Virus record (IMG/VR): IMGVR_UViG_3300011444_000143 | Location: 1-25,147 of that record | Source: a virus | Lineage: Duplodnaviria; Caudoviricetes | Length of the DNA: 25,147 bases | Reading direction: 5' to 3' (one strand) | Part shown: piece after piece, positions 8,840 to 15,902 of the stretch | How positions within the stretch are numbered: position 1 is the stretch's first letter | Layout: every line of letters starts with the position of its first letter | Program-made: the position numbers and the translations under genes | The notes under the pieces: generated by a model | Databases searched by the model: none | What the model was told of the DNA's origin: nothing | The model's input: the letters and a program-made list of their open reading frames with translations, nothing else

Positions 8840-9038
8840 TATTGCTCTCCGCATCTACTTGCCTGGCTTCGTCAAAAAGATACTCCAACACTGTCTCCGC
8901 GAATTCGGCAGCATTGCCATATCCGTAGTGAGAAAAATCCATTTCCCCAGAAAGGTTTTCTGTGATGACGATAACAGCTTGCGAACCTTGCCGCTTTATC
9001 GCCGTGCTGCCACCCTGCATACGCTTGTCGTTTTTCAT
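8784..9038 (-). CDS. Small hypothetical protein (antisense insert)
   Basis: 84 aa ORF filling the 224-nt gap between MuF and the next gene. GGTGA RBS and a TAGAAT -10-like box (9055-9060, minus strand) lie upstream. Overlaps the MuF 3' end by 56 nt. Confidence 0.45.
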   Translation of the reverse strand: MKNDKRMQGGSTAIKRQGSQAVIVITENLSGEMDFSHYGYGNAAEFAETVLEYLFDEARQVDAESNITPQPSQRQRTSGLAAKE

Positions 9039-9063
9039 ATTTCACCAGCCGGCATTCTAACCA

Positions 9064-10503
9064 ATGGTCGATCGCTACGTAACTGTCGCCGGCAAAAAAG
9101 CCCTTCACCCGCTGCCAATCAAGCAGCTCTGTGACGATTACGGCTTGCCTGACAAGTTCTGGGGCCGAGCCAATTCCATTTCCTGCCCTGTCGGCATGGA
9201 ACCGGGCTCCGCGTGGTTCATCGTCAGCCGCGTGGATGGTGACGCGATCGCTGCCAACACGCTTTGCGATATTGTCTGGACCGAAGTGACGGGCGTGGGC
9301 TCTGCGGCCCCCGTTGTCACTACTTTCAAAAACTACGTCCCCCACCGATTCATCCTCATCGGCGCCGACGGCGACTCCAAAGCCCCCTACTTGGCGGAAT
9401 TCCGCGACAAGCGGCAAATTCTCCGCATGTCAGCCGTCAACAGAGAGTACAACGTCCGCCGCACGACCCGCCAGGGTGACAGTGCCACGACGGACCTCTA
9501 TTACACCGACTCGCGAAACAGCGGGAGCGACTGGACCTGGCAGACGATGTTCGAAGATTTGTGGGGGAATCTGCCGTCGGCGATTCGCGGCACGGCTCCT
9601 ACGCTTGCGACCAGCGGCTATGTGCCGGCGAATGAGCCAGAGAACTTTCGGTTTCACGGCAACGCGATGGATGCGATTGGCGAGATGCTGGAAGCCTCGC
9701 AGAACGTGCTTTGTTACGACCCCATCTTGGAAGTGTTCACTGTTCAACGAATCGGGTCCACGCAAACCGGGCTCACCACGGCGAAGAATGTGCTCGCCAA
9801 TGCCGGCCGCAGGCTGGTCGACGATACCCCGCGGCAAGACTTAAACCTGTCGTCGGCCCCTGAAAAAATCCGCTTCTACTTCCCCAAGCGGCTGGAACTT
9901 GAGTCGTCGCTATTTGACACAGCCGCCAACGCTCATCTAGTCGCGCCGTACTACACCGTTGACAAAACTACCGGATTAACCGGAGTCCAAGCCGGCACGA
10001 TCCTCCCCTACCGCACGAACTTCATCGCCGAGATCGACGCTGACGGCTCTACGGTCAACAACACCAGCACGCTCGATACCCTGGCGGATGAACTAAAAAC
10101 GAAGATCGTTGACCGAATCAACCTGGGGAGCGAGAGTGGGATTGTGATTTATGGCGGGCCAGTGACGACGATCAAGCCAGGTTGTGAAGTGCATGAAATG
10201 GTGTGGCGGGATTACGGGGACGATTGGGGGATGGTGACGGAGTTAAAACGCGATCCAAAATTGGGGAAGGTGAAGCAGCCGCCGCAGATTCAGTTGCAGC
10301 CGTTTACCGGGGAAATCTTGGTGAAGAATACGACAGGTGGTGACTTCTCCGCCGGCACCAACACTTTTGACATTATGAAGGACCAAACGAACACGAGCGG
10401 GCAGACGATTTCCGCGACCAACCTGACCACCGTAAAGGCTGGCAAGCGAGGGGCAGCGGCGTTGATAAACGGAATCGTGTTCGCCTCTCCGCAGGAAAAC
10501 TAA
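9064..10503 (+). CDS. Putative tail hub/baseplate-like virion protein
   Basis: 479 aa, Thr-rich and beta-rich. The EFRDKRQIL...WTWQTMFEDLW...AMDAIGEML pattern loosely resembles tail hub proteins; mostly a positional inference. Confidence 0.5.
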   Translation: MVDRYVTVAGKKALHPLPIKQLCDDYGLPDKFWGRANSISCPVGMEPGSAWFIVSRVDGDAIAANTLCDIVWTEVTGVGSAAPVVTTFKNYVPHRFILIGADGDSKAPYLAEFRDKRQILRMSAVNREYNVRRTTRQGDSATTDLYYTDSRNSGSDWTWQTMFEDLWGNLPSAIRGTAPTLATSGYVPANEPENFRFHGNAMDAIGEMLEASQNVLCYDPILEVFTVQRIGSTQTGLTTAKNVLANAGRRLVDDTPRQDLNLSSAPEKIRFYFPKRLELESSLFDTAANAHLVAPYYTVDKTTGLTGVQAGTILPYRTNFIAEIDADGSTVNNTSTLDTLADELKTKIVDRINLGSESGIVIYGGPVTTIKPGCEVHEMVWRDYGDDWGMVTELKRDPKLGKVKQPPQIQLQPFTGEILVKNTTGGDFSAGTNTFDIMKDQTNTSGQTISATNLTTVKAGKRGAAALINGIVFASPQEN

Positions 10504-11103
10504 ATGACCCGCGCCCGCCTAATCCTCTTGATCCGCGGTTTGACGCTGCTCTGCGTCGGCGCTCTGCTGTGCGGATCGGGCTGGCTCTATGCGGGATTGG
10601 CTTCGGTGTTGGTGGGGCTGATGATGCCGGTGTTTGCGGCGGCGGTAGTTAATTGCGGATCGTGCCAGACAGGACAGGTTGCCGGTTCCGTTCAGGTGGA
10701 CATTTCCGGCTCAGGTAACATAGACGGTTCTTACGTGCTCACGAAAGAATCCATAGAGGACAATGATTGCGCTGCTGTGTCTAGCTTGAGCGGCTGCTTG
10801 TGGGGATTAACTGACCAGTCTGGAGTTTGCGGAGCGAATCTGGTGTCCTTTTCTTTCTTCTTGTATGAGTTTCTTGGCAACCGAAGAATTGGCGTCAATG
10901 TTTGTTGCAGCTTCGACGCAGGCTTTACTTGGGTTTTGAAAAACGATTGGCAAGAGACATACAATCTAACTTCCGATCCAGAGCCAGATTGCACCGCGTT
11001 TAGCGCTTACGACATCGCGCACCTGGGCTCTGGATCGGGTGGTAACTGTTCCGCTGGCTGCGTAACAAACGACCCCGGAACGTGCCTCGTAACCTCATTG
11101 TGA
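10504..11103 (+). CDS. Cys-rich protein with hydrophobic N-terminus
   Basis: 199 aa abutting the previous stop (TAAATG); about 45 aa hydrophobic leader and 13 Cys. Confidence 0.7.
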   Translation: MTRARLILLIRGLTLLCVGALLCGSGWLYAGLASVLVGLMMPVFAAAVVNCGSCQTGQVAGSVQVDISGSGNIDGSYVLTKESIEDNDCAAVSSLSGCLWGLTDQSGVCGANLVSFSFFLYEFLGNRRIGVNVCCSFDAGFTWVLKNDWQETYNLTSDPEPDCTAFSAYDIAHLGSGSGGNCSAGCVTNDPGTCLVTSL

Positions 11104-11105
11104 CC

Positions 11106-11462
11106 ATGAACTGCAAATTCATCGCAACCAGCGACCAGCATCGAACTGGTCGCACGATATGCCGTTGCAGCCGTCGTGGATGCAAGCGATTTGGGTTGTT
11201 GCCTCAGAATGGTAAAATCTCAATGTTGAAGATGAGATGCTACGGCTCACCATTCCCCCATGAACTCGGTCACTGGCTTGCCGTCATTCTCGAAGCGTAT
11301 TTCCTCTCGAATCGATCGTGGCTACGCCTCAAGATTCTCTGCGGTTTCAAGCCCACCTGCGGCTGCCAATCCAGAGAAGCAGCCCTCAATCACCTCGGCC
11401 ACCACACCCTCACCGCCCTAGCCACCTCCTACTACGCCGCAAGCGGACTGCTAAGCCGTTGA
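11106..11462 (+). CDS. Small basic Cys-rich protein (CxC..C and CGCxxRxxxLN motifs)
   Basis: ATG 2 nt after the previous stop; MNCKF...CRCSRRGC...CGCQSREAALN. Confidence 0.6.
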   Translation: MNCKFIATSDQHRTGRTICRCSRRGCKRFGLLPQNGKISMLKMRCYGSPFPHELGHWLAVILEAYFLSNRSWLRLKILCGFKPTCGCQSREAALNHLGHHTLTALATSYYAASGLLSR

Positions 11463-11483
11463 CCACCGCACCCGCCGCAAAGG

Positions 11484-11699
11484 CTAACGCCCCCGCCGCT
11501 CGCGCAATTCCAACCCCACCACCGACGCGAGTTTAGCCGCATTTGCCACCGTGAGCGGACGGCAATCGACGAAAAATGACCGCATGGCCGTCATGCCTAC
11601 GCCGGATTCTTTGGCCAGCGCGTAGTAAGTTTTTCCGCTGGCTTTTGCGGCGCTGCGGAGCTTGGTTGACCAGGGGTCTGGTGAGTCGTCCATGGTCAT
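11484..11699 (-). CDS. XRE/Cro-like HTH transcriptional regulator
   Basis: LRSAAKASGKTYYALAKESGVGMTAMRSF...LTVANAAKLASVVGLEL is a classic XRE pattern; ATGA-coupled to the upstream gene. Confidence 0.85.
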   Translation of the reverse strand: MTMDDSPDPWSTKLRSAAKASGKTYYALAKESGVGMTAMRSFFVDCRPLTVANAAKLASVVGLELRERRGR

Positions 11700-12091
11700 C
11701 GCAGCACCAATTTTTTGATTGCTGGTATTTTACGCGGAGACGGGATCATTCTTCCGCACCACTTACCCACCGTGCGGCCGTCAACACGCAGCCTTCGGCC
11801 GCATTCCTTTAGTCCGATTCTCGCGACGGCAAAACGCAAACGAATCCGCAGTCTCGGCCATCCATCAGGCTGCGGATTTTGGGAATTCCCCAGAGTGCGA
11901 TGGCCTCTGGGGAGCGTGCCCAGCCACCGCTTCGCTGTCCGCACGAATTGTGTCGACGGCGATTCGCCGCCTAGTATTTTCGTCAACCCACCAATGCTCA
12001 TGCCAGTGGCCTTGGCTAGTGCCGTCTTTCTGCCGCGCTCGACAGAGACGGCCCGATTCAGTCGTTGTCTCAGGCTGCCAATCTCACTCAC
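11696..12091 (-). CDS. Tandem HTH-like DNA-binding protein (131 aa)
   Basis: GTG at 12091 with GGAGG RBS just after the upstream TAG. Two HTH-like blocks: KTALAKATGMSIGGLTKILGG and LKECGRRLRVDGRTVGKW. Confidence 0.65.
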   Translation of the reverse strand: MSEIGSLRQRLNRAVSVERGRKTALAKATGMSIGGLTKILGGESPSTQFVRTAKRWLGTLPRGHRTLGNSQNPQPDGWPRLRIRLRFAVARIGLKECGRRLRVDGRTVGKWCGRMIPSPRKIPAIKKLVLR

Positions 12092-12095
12092 TGGT

Positions 12096-12398
12096 CTAGC
12101 CCTCCCATGCCATATCGGCCAGATGGGCGTGAGCTTCGTCGGCCGATATTGGGCGATTCCACGACCCGCATACCCACCCCTGAGTGCGGCACGACCAGAC
12201 CGCATATCCGAGATAGCTCCAGCCAGAGCCGCGACGGCGGCGGAGGACATGCACGCTACCGGCCCCTTTGCTCGCTACCAGCGGGTTGCTGTCGCTGCTG
12301 GCGAGATTGGCATCGGCCGAGTTGCTGGCGAGGGTCATTTCGCGAACGTCGGCCAACACGGACTTCAGATTCATTTTTGTGGCAGTCGTCATTGTCAT
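12096..12398 (-). CDS. Hypothetical protein, first gene of the leftward operon
   Basis: 100 aa with a purine-rich RBS region, about 60 nt downstream of a consensus-like promoter. Confidence 0.6.
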   Translation of the reverse strand: MTMTTATKMNLKSVLADVREMTLASNSADANLASSDSNPLVASKGAGSVHVLRRRRGSGWSYLGYAVWSCRTQGWVCGSWNRPISADEAHAHLADMAWEG

Positions 12399-12461
12399 TC
12401 CCTTTTTTCTCTCCCACTGATCCGCGTGGGCCGGCTCGCGTCAGTTGATCGCGATGGATGT

Positions 12462-12490
12462 ATATTAGACAAGTCGTCACTGTCTGTCAA
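12462..12490 (-). promoter_or_regulatory. Sigma70-type promoter TTGACA-N17-TAATAT
   Basis: Minus strand reads TTGACA gacagtgacgacttgtc TAATAT, pointing into the 12398 operon. Confidence 0.8.
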
Positions 12491-12496
12491 CAGACA
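12467..12496. promoter_or_regulatory. Putative operator: inverted repeat TGTCTG-TCAA-CAGACA over the -35 box, plus an AGACA half-site at 12467
   Basis: Perfect 6-bp inverted repeat at 12481-12496; AGACA (12467-12471) and TGTCT (12481-12485) form a second pair. Confidence 0.55.
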
Positions 12497-12527
12497 TAAC
12501 GCCAATCGGGAAAGATTTCTCGGAATT

Positions 12528-12559
12528 GTGGAAATACGTGGGAAATCAGTGGTGGAAAT
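12528..12559. repeat. Three short direct repeats GTG(G)GAAAT
   Basis: Copies at 12528, 12538 and 12552, between the integrase stop and the promoter. Could be phased UP-element tracts or protein-binding sites. Confidence 0.4.
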
Positions 12560-13446
12560 TAGCCGGAATCGGGCGATTGCCAGGGAATGAATAGCTTCGG
12601 CTGCTCTTTGTCGGTCATCCGCGGATCGAGGTAATGCCGCTTCGTGGTGTCCTCGCTGGAATGTCCAAGCGCCCGCGTTGCATCCCCGCCAATCGCCGCC
12701 AGCCATGTTGCGTGCGAACATCGGAGGCAATGCGTCTTGTGCTTGCGATCGTTTGGTAGCCCGGCCCTCAATAAGATGCGGCCAAAGTTGTGAAAGTACC
12801 GGCCCTCACTGGCGGGCCACGGAAACACAAGTTCGCGCGGCGGCATCCTCATGCGGTCAATCAGCGTGACCACTTCCGGCCAGAGGCGATAAACACCAGC
12901 CTTGCGACCGCCCTTGCGTGCTGATGGGGGAATCAGGGCAACTCCCGCTGACAGGTCCACGTTCTCCCAACGCAGAGACAGTGCGGCTGTGCGACGTTCT
13001 GCGGTTGACCAGACAAATGATAAGTAGCCCTGCCACCACCAGCCAGCCCGAACACCGCCGATCTTACCGGGTTCGTACATTGCCGATTCAAAAAGCAAGC
13101 CAAGTTGCTCCTGGGACATGGCCACCGGCACTGGATCGGGCGCGGGCGGACGCCGAATGGTTGGCCATCGCTCCACAATCCTCCGGGCCGCCAGGAATCG
13201 CCAGAGCGTGAGCACCCGCCCCATACGCTCACGAACGGAATAGGCGCTGCCTGCCGCGTCAAGCTGATGCCCAATCCAGACGGTTACTAAGTCGTCGTCT
13301 AGGTCATCCAGGGTTGGCTCGTGGCCAAGGTGTCGCCCGTAGTGATTGAGGGCGAAGCGGTAGGCGTTGCGAGTCTTCTGACTGCGAAGCTCTAGCCGTC
13401 TGGGGAAAAAATAATCAACGCAAACTTGCCAAAGCGTGTCGGGCAT
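12559..13446 (-). CDS. int: Tyrosine recombinase/integrase
   Basis: Catalytic set R (TAER), K (RKGGRK), HxxR (HCLR), LGH and Y (KRHY), plus an N-terminal SAM-like region. Start is ATG 13446 or GTG 13455. Confidence 0.92.
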   Translation of the reverse strand: MPDTLWQVCVDYFFPRRLELRSQKTRNAYRFALNHYGRHLGHEPTLDDLDDDLVTVWIGHQLDAAGSAYSVRERMGRVLTLWRFLAARRIVERWPTIRRPPAPDPVPVAMSQEQLGLLFESAMYEPGKIGGVRAGWWWQGYLSFVWSTAERRTAALSLRWENVDLSAGVALIPPSARKGGRKAGVYRLWPEVVTLIDRMRMPPRELVFPWPASEGRYFHNFGRILLRAGLPNDRKHKTHCLRCSHATWLAAIGGDATRALGHSSEDTTKRHYLDPRMTDKEQPKLFIPWQSPDSG

Positions 13447-13738
13447 ATTGACCACCGGGAGTTACTAAAACTGTGCATCACGACTTCCCTGCGGTCCACG
13501 TCTCCGACGGTCCTTTATCCCTAATTTTGGTTGTGCTCTGCGGTGCATTCCTCAAATTCGTTGCGGCAAACTGGGCAAGCGATCCTACCTCGTTCAACTT
13601 ATGTCGACCGCAACTTAAAAACCTATGACATGCCCTCTGGAAACGTGCAATCCGACGCGAGTTTTCCAGCCGGCACAGTCTTCGGAATCGAAACAGTTTG
13701 AAAAAACGCGGCTCGATTGGTTGGGTTCTCGCAGGGGG

Positions 13739-13753
13739 ATCCTCTACGACCCA
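13739..13753 (+). other. Putative attP core: tRNA(Lys)-like 3' fragment ATCCTCTACGACCCA
   Basis: Matches 13/15 to the E. coli tRNA-Lys 3' end ATCCTGCACGACCCA as recalled. No 5' half of a tRNA is present. Lies between int and the xis-like gene. Confidence 0.65.
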
Positions 13754-13769
13754 TTCGAGCCGCGTCCTT

Positions 13770-13798
13770 TTGACACGTTTTACACAGTCGAGTAATAT
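13770..13798 (+). promoter_or_regulatory. Sigma70-type promoter TTGACA-N17-TAATAT
   Basis: TTGACA cgttttacacagtcgag TAATAT, with the same boxes as the 12490 promoter, 24 nt upstream of ATG 13823. Confidence 0.8.
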
Positions 13799-13822
13799 AT
13801 GGGCAAGGTAGGCAGTAAAACA

Positions 13823-14032
13823 ATGGTGTGTCTCACGGATTACATCTCGCCCCAAGACGCGGCTCAGCTTATCGGCTGTACGCCAGGCCGCATCTATCAA
13901 ATGATTCGCGGCAAGGAATTCCGCGATGTGCTGCGCTTCGGCAAGCACACCGTCATTGGACGTAAAGAGGCGGAGAAGGTTGCGAATAATCCGGCACAGA
14001 CTGGACGGCCGCGAAAAAAACTTGCGTCGTAA
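13823..14032 (+). CDS. Excisionase-like/HTH_17 DNA-binding protein
   Basis: YISPQDAAQLIGCTPGRIYQMIR winged-HTH pattern and a C-terminal AT-hook-like TGRPRKK; divergent from int. Confidence 0.8.
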   Translation: MVCLTDYISPQDAAQLIGCTPGRIYQMIRGKEFRDVLRFGKHTVIGRKEAEKVANNPAQTGRPRKKLAS

Positions 14033-14269
14033 TTGCCGTGTTTTCACACGCACCTTTAACATAATGGAATCTCAATGAAGAATCCCACTTGCCAAGTTTT
14101 AATGAAAGTGTAAAACTACCGCCATCACGCTTTCGGTTAGGTGTCGTAGCCGAGCCGGAAGCGATTAGCCCTGCGGCCTTCTGAGCATTCTCGCTCACCT
14201 GTCCGCATCCGAGACAGAAAAACCCAACTCACTTTGACGGCATCGCGTCGTCGATTGGAAAGAACCATC

Positions 14270-14602
14270 ATGTTGCGCGGAACATTCCCGGAACTTCACG
14301 CTGCCGGCTGCATTCAGACCGGAGCGGACGTTGAGGCGAACGAAGTCACGGCTCGCCTTCGATTTGGCGACATGCTTCGCGGGTTAATGTTTACATCGAA
14401 CGGCGACCCGTGCCACGGCTGCCCTGCATATGAACGCGGGCAATGTCCTGCGTTCCTGCAATTCAACGACAGGGCTAGTCTCTCGCAGCCGAAGCAGCGG
14501 CCATTCCAGAAGCCTGCCGAGCGGTGTCCGCAATGCAGGATGAAGGTTCGCGGGCCGAATCATGTGAATGGATGGGACCATACGCACAGAGTTACAAGTT
14601 GA
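14270..14602 (+). CDS. Hypothetical Zn-binding protein
   Basis: GGAAAG RBS; CHGC..C and CPQC..H..H motifs; 110 aa. Confidence 0.6.
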   Translation: MLRGTFPELHAAGCIQTGADVEANEVTARLRFGDMLRGLMFTSNGDPCHGCPAYERGQCPAFLQFNDRASLSQPKQRPFQKPAERCPQCRMKVRGPNHVNGWDHTHRVTS

Positions 14603-14648
14603 CTGTTTCAGCCTCCCGACACCTCGTCAACTCAAACGGAGCTTCCCA

Positions 14649-14813
14649 ATGACCACCAACCCAATCGACCTAACCGCCTTCTTCCACGGCTACAACGCTC
14701 GCTCCTACGGCTGCTATCGAATCCTCTGTTGCCCAGAGAGTGCAGAGCAAGAGGCGGAGTGGAAGCGTGGTTGGGATGCGAGAGACGCGGAACTACGGAG
14801 TGCATCGCAATGA
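14649..14813 (+). CDS. Ribosome modulation factor (Rmf/CrpP-fold)-like small protein
   Basis: 54 aa AFFHGYNARSYG...CP...EWKRGW matches the RMF pattern AxxxGYxAxxxG..CP..WxxGW; GGAG RBS. Confidence 0.65.
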   Translation: MTTNPIDLTAFFHGYNARSYGCYRILCCPESAEQEAEWKRGWDARDAELRSASQ

Positions 14814-14926
14814 CCATCACCCTCATCCTCATCGCCCTAACCATCTTCGCCAGCGGGTTGTTTATCGGCTTGCTCGTGGGGTGGGAGTTGAGGCGGGCAC
14901 CAATCATTAACGATCGCAACCAATAA
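14810..14926 (+). CDS. Single-TM small membrane peptide (38 aa)
   Basis: ATGA-coupled; MTITLILIALTIFASGLFIGLLVGWELRR. Confidence 0.6.
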   Translation: MTITLILIALTIFASGLFIGLLVGWELRRAPIINDRNQ

Positions 14927-14937
14927 GGAGCAATGCA

Positions 14938-15750
14938 GTGCCGGTAACTATTAAAAATCGCTGGTCAGGTGAAACGATCGCGACGGTAGAAGACACCGAC
15001 GATCTTCGCGAAGCCGTGATTCGGCTTGTGAAGCAGGGCGTAAGCCTGAACGACGCGGATTTGTATCGTGCCAGCCTCGATGGTGCCAGCCTCGTTGGTG
15101 CCAGACTCGTTGGTGCCAGCCTCGATCGTGCCAGCCTCGTTGGTGCCAGACTCGATCGTGCCAGACTCGATGGTGCCAGCCTCGATCGTGCCAGACTCGA
15201 TGGTGCCAGCCTCGATGGTGCCAGCCTCGTTGGTGCCAGCCTCGATGGTGCCAGCCTCGATGGTGCCAGCCTAGTTGGTGCCAGACTCGATGGTGCCAGC
15301 CTCGTTGGTGCCAGACTCGATCGTGCCAGACTCGATGGTGCCAGCCTCGTTGGTGCCAGACTCGATGGTGCCAGCCTCGTTGGTGCCATCCTCGATAGTG
15401 CCAGCCTCGTTCCGATTCGCAATGACATGTGGGCCGTGTTGACGATGGCTCCGCTGGAAGTGCCCGCGCTAATTGCGGCTCTCAATGAGGGTCGCGTTGA
15501 CGGATCGGCTTATGAGGGCGAGTGCGCGTGCTTGGTCGGGACGATTGCAAATGCGCGCAAGTGCAGTCACGACGCAATCGAAGGCCTTGAGCCCGACTCA
15601 TCGCGGCCGGCTGAATGCTTTTTCATGGGAATCAAAAAAGGCGACACGCCCGAAACGAATCAAGTCTCGAAGCTGGCCCGTGATTGGTCCTTGGAGTGGT
15701 ACGAGCGGATGCAAAAGGCGTTTGGGCCAGTGGAGGCGGCCGCAAGTTAA
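14938..15750 (+). CDS. Pentapeptide repeat protein with a non-repetitive C-terminal domain
   Basis: AAGGAG RBS plus GTG; IKNRWSGETI N-cap; 23 A[S/R]L[D/V][G/R] units; C-terminal GRVDGSAYEGECACLVGTIA domain. Confidence 0.92.
   Translation: MPVTIKNRWSGETIATVEDTDDLREAVIRLVKQGVSLNDADLYRASLDGASLVGARLVGASLDRASLVGARLDRARLDGASLDRARLDGASLDGASLVGASLDGASLDGASLVGARLDGASLVGARLDRARLDGASLVGARLDGASLVGAILDSASLVPIRNDMWAVLTMAPLEVPALIAALNEGRVDGSAYEGECACLVGTIANARKCSHDAIEGLEPDSSRPAECFFMGIKKGDTPETNQVSKLARDWSLEWYERMQKAFGPVEAAAS
15070..15414 (+). repeat. Coding tandem repeat, 23 x 15 nt GCCAG[C/A]CTCG[A/T]T[G/C]GT
   Basis: Read directly from the sequence; no spacers between units. Confidence 0.95.
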
Positions 15751-15902
15751 TCGAACACCGTGCCACCCGTCGTGGCGCGACACCCCGCTTGTTGTTTAGC
15801 ACCTGCTGGCGTTGTTCGGCAGGCGGGGATTTGAACAGCAGTGAAGGGGCGACACGGACGAACCGGAGGGCTTGGATGCCCAATTTTCAAGGAGGGAAAA
15901 CG

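Noticed and set aside
11715-12590. 291-aa + strand ORF
   Set aside because: Antisense to coupled HTH-operon genes and runs through their promoter; no recognisable motif.
13595-13617. CAACTTA x2 as lambda-like Int core sites
   Set aside because: Direct rather than inverted orientation, short, and about 120 nt from the tRNA-like core.
13700-13765. Complete tRNA gene
   Set aside because: Only a 15-nt 3' fragment; no TTC T-loop, D-arm or anticodon arm.
13478-14062. 194-aa minus-strand ORF upstream of int
   Set aside because: Crosses the att-like site, promoter and xis-like gene; Arg-rich shadow composition.
15070-15414. CRISPR array or DGR-like repeat
   Set aside because: Contiguous in-frame 15-mers with no spacers; no cas or reverse transcriptase gene; variation is not adenine-specific.
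14907-15485. Antisense and alternate-frame repeat ORFs over the pentapeptide gene
   Set aside because: Stop-free simply because the 15-mer lacks stops in those frames.
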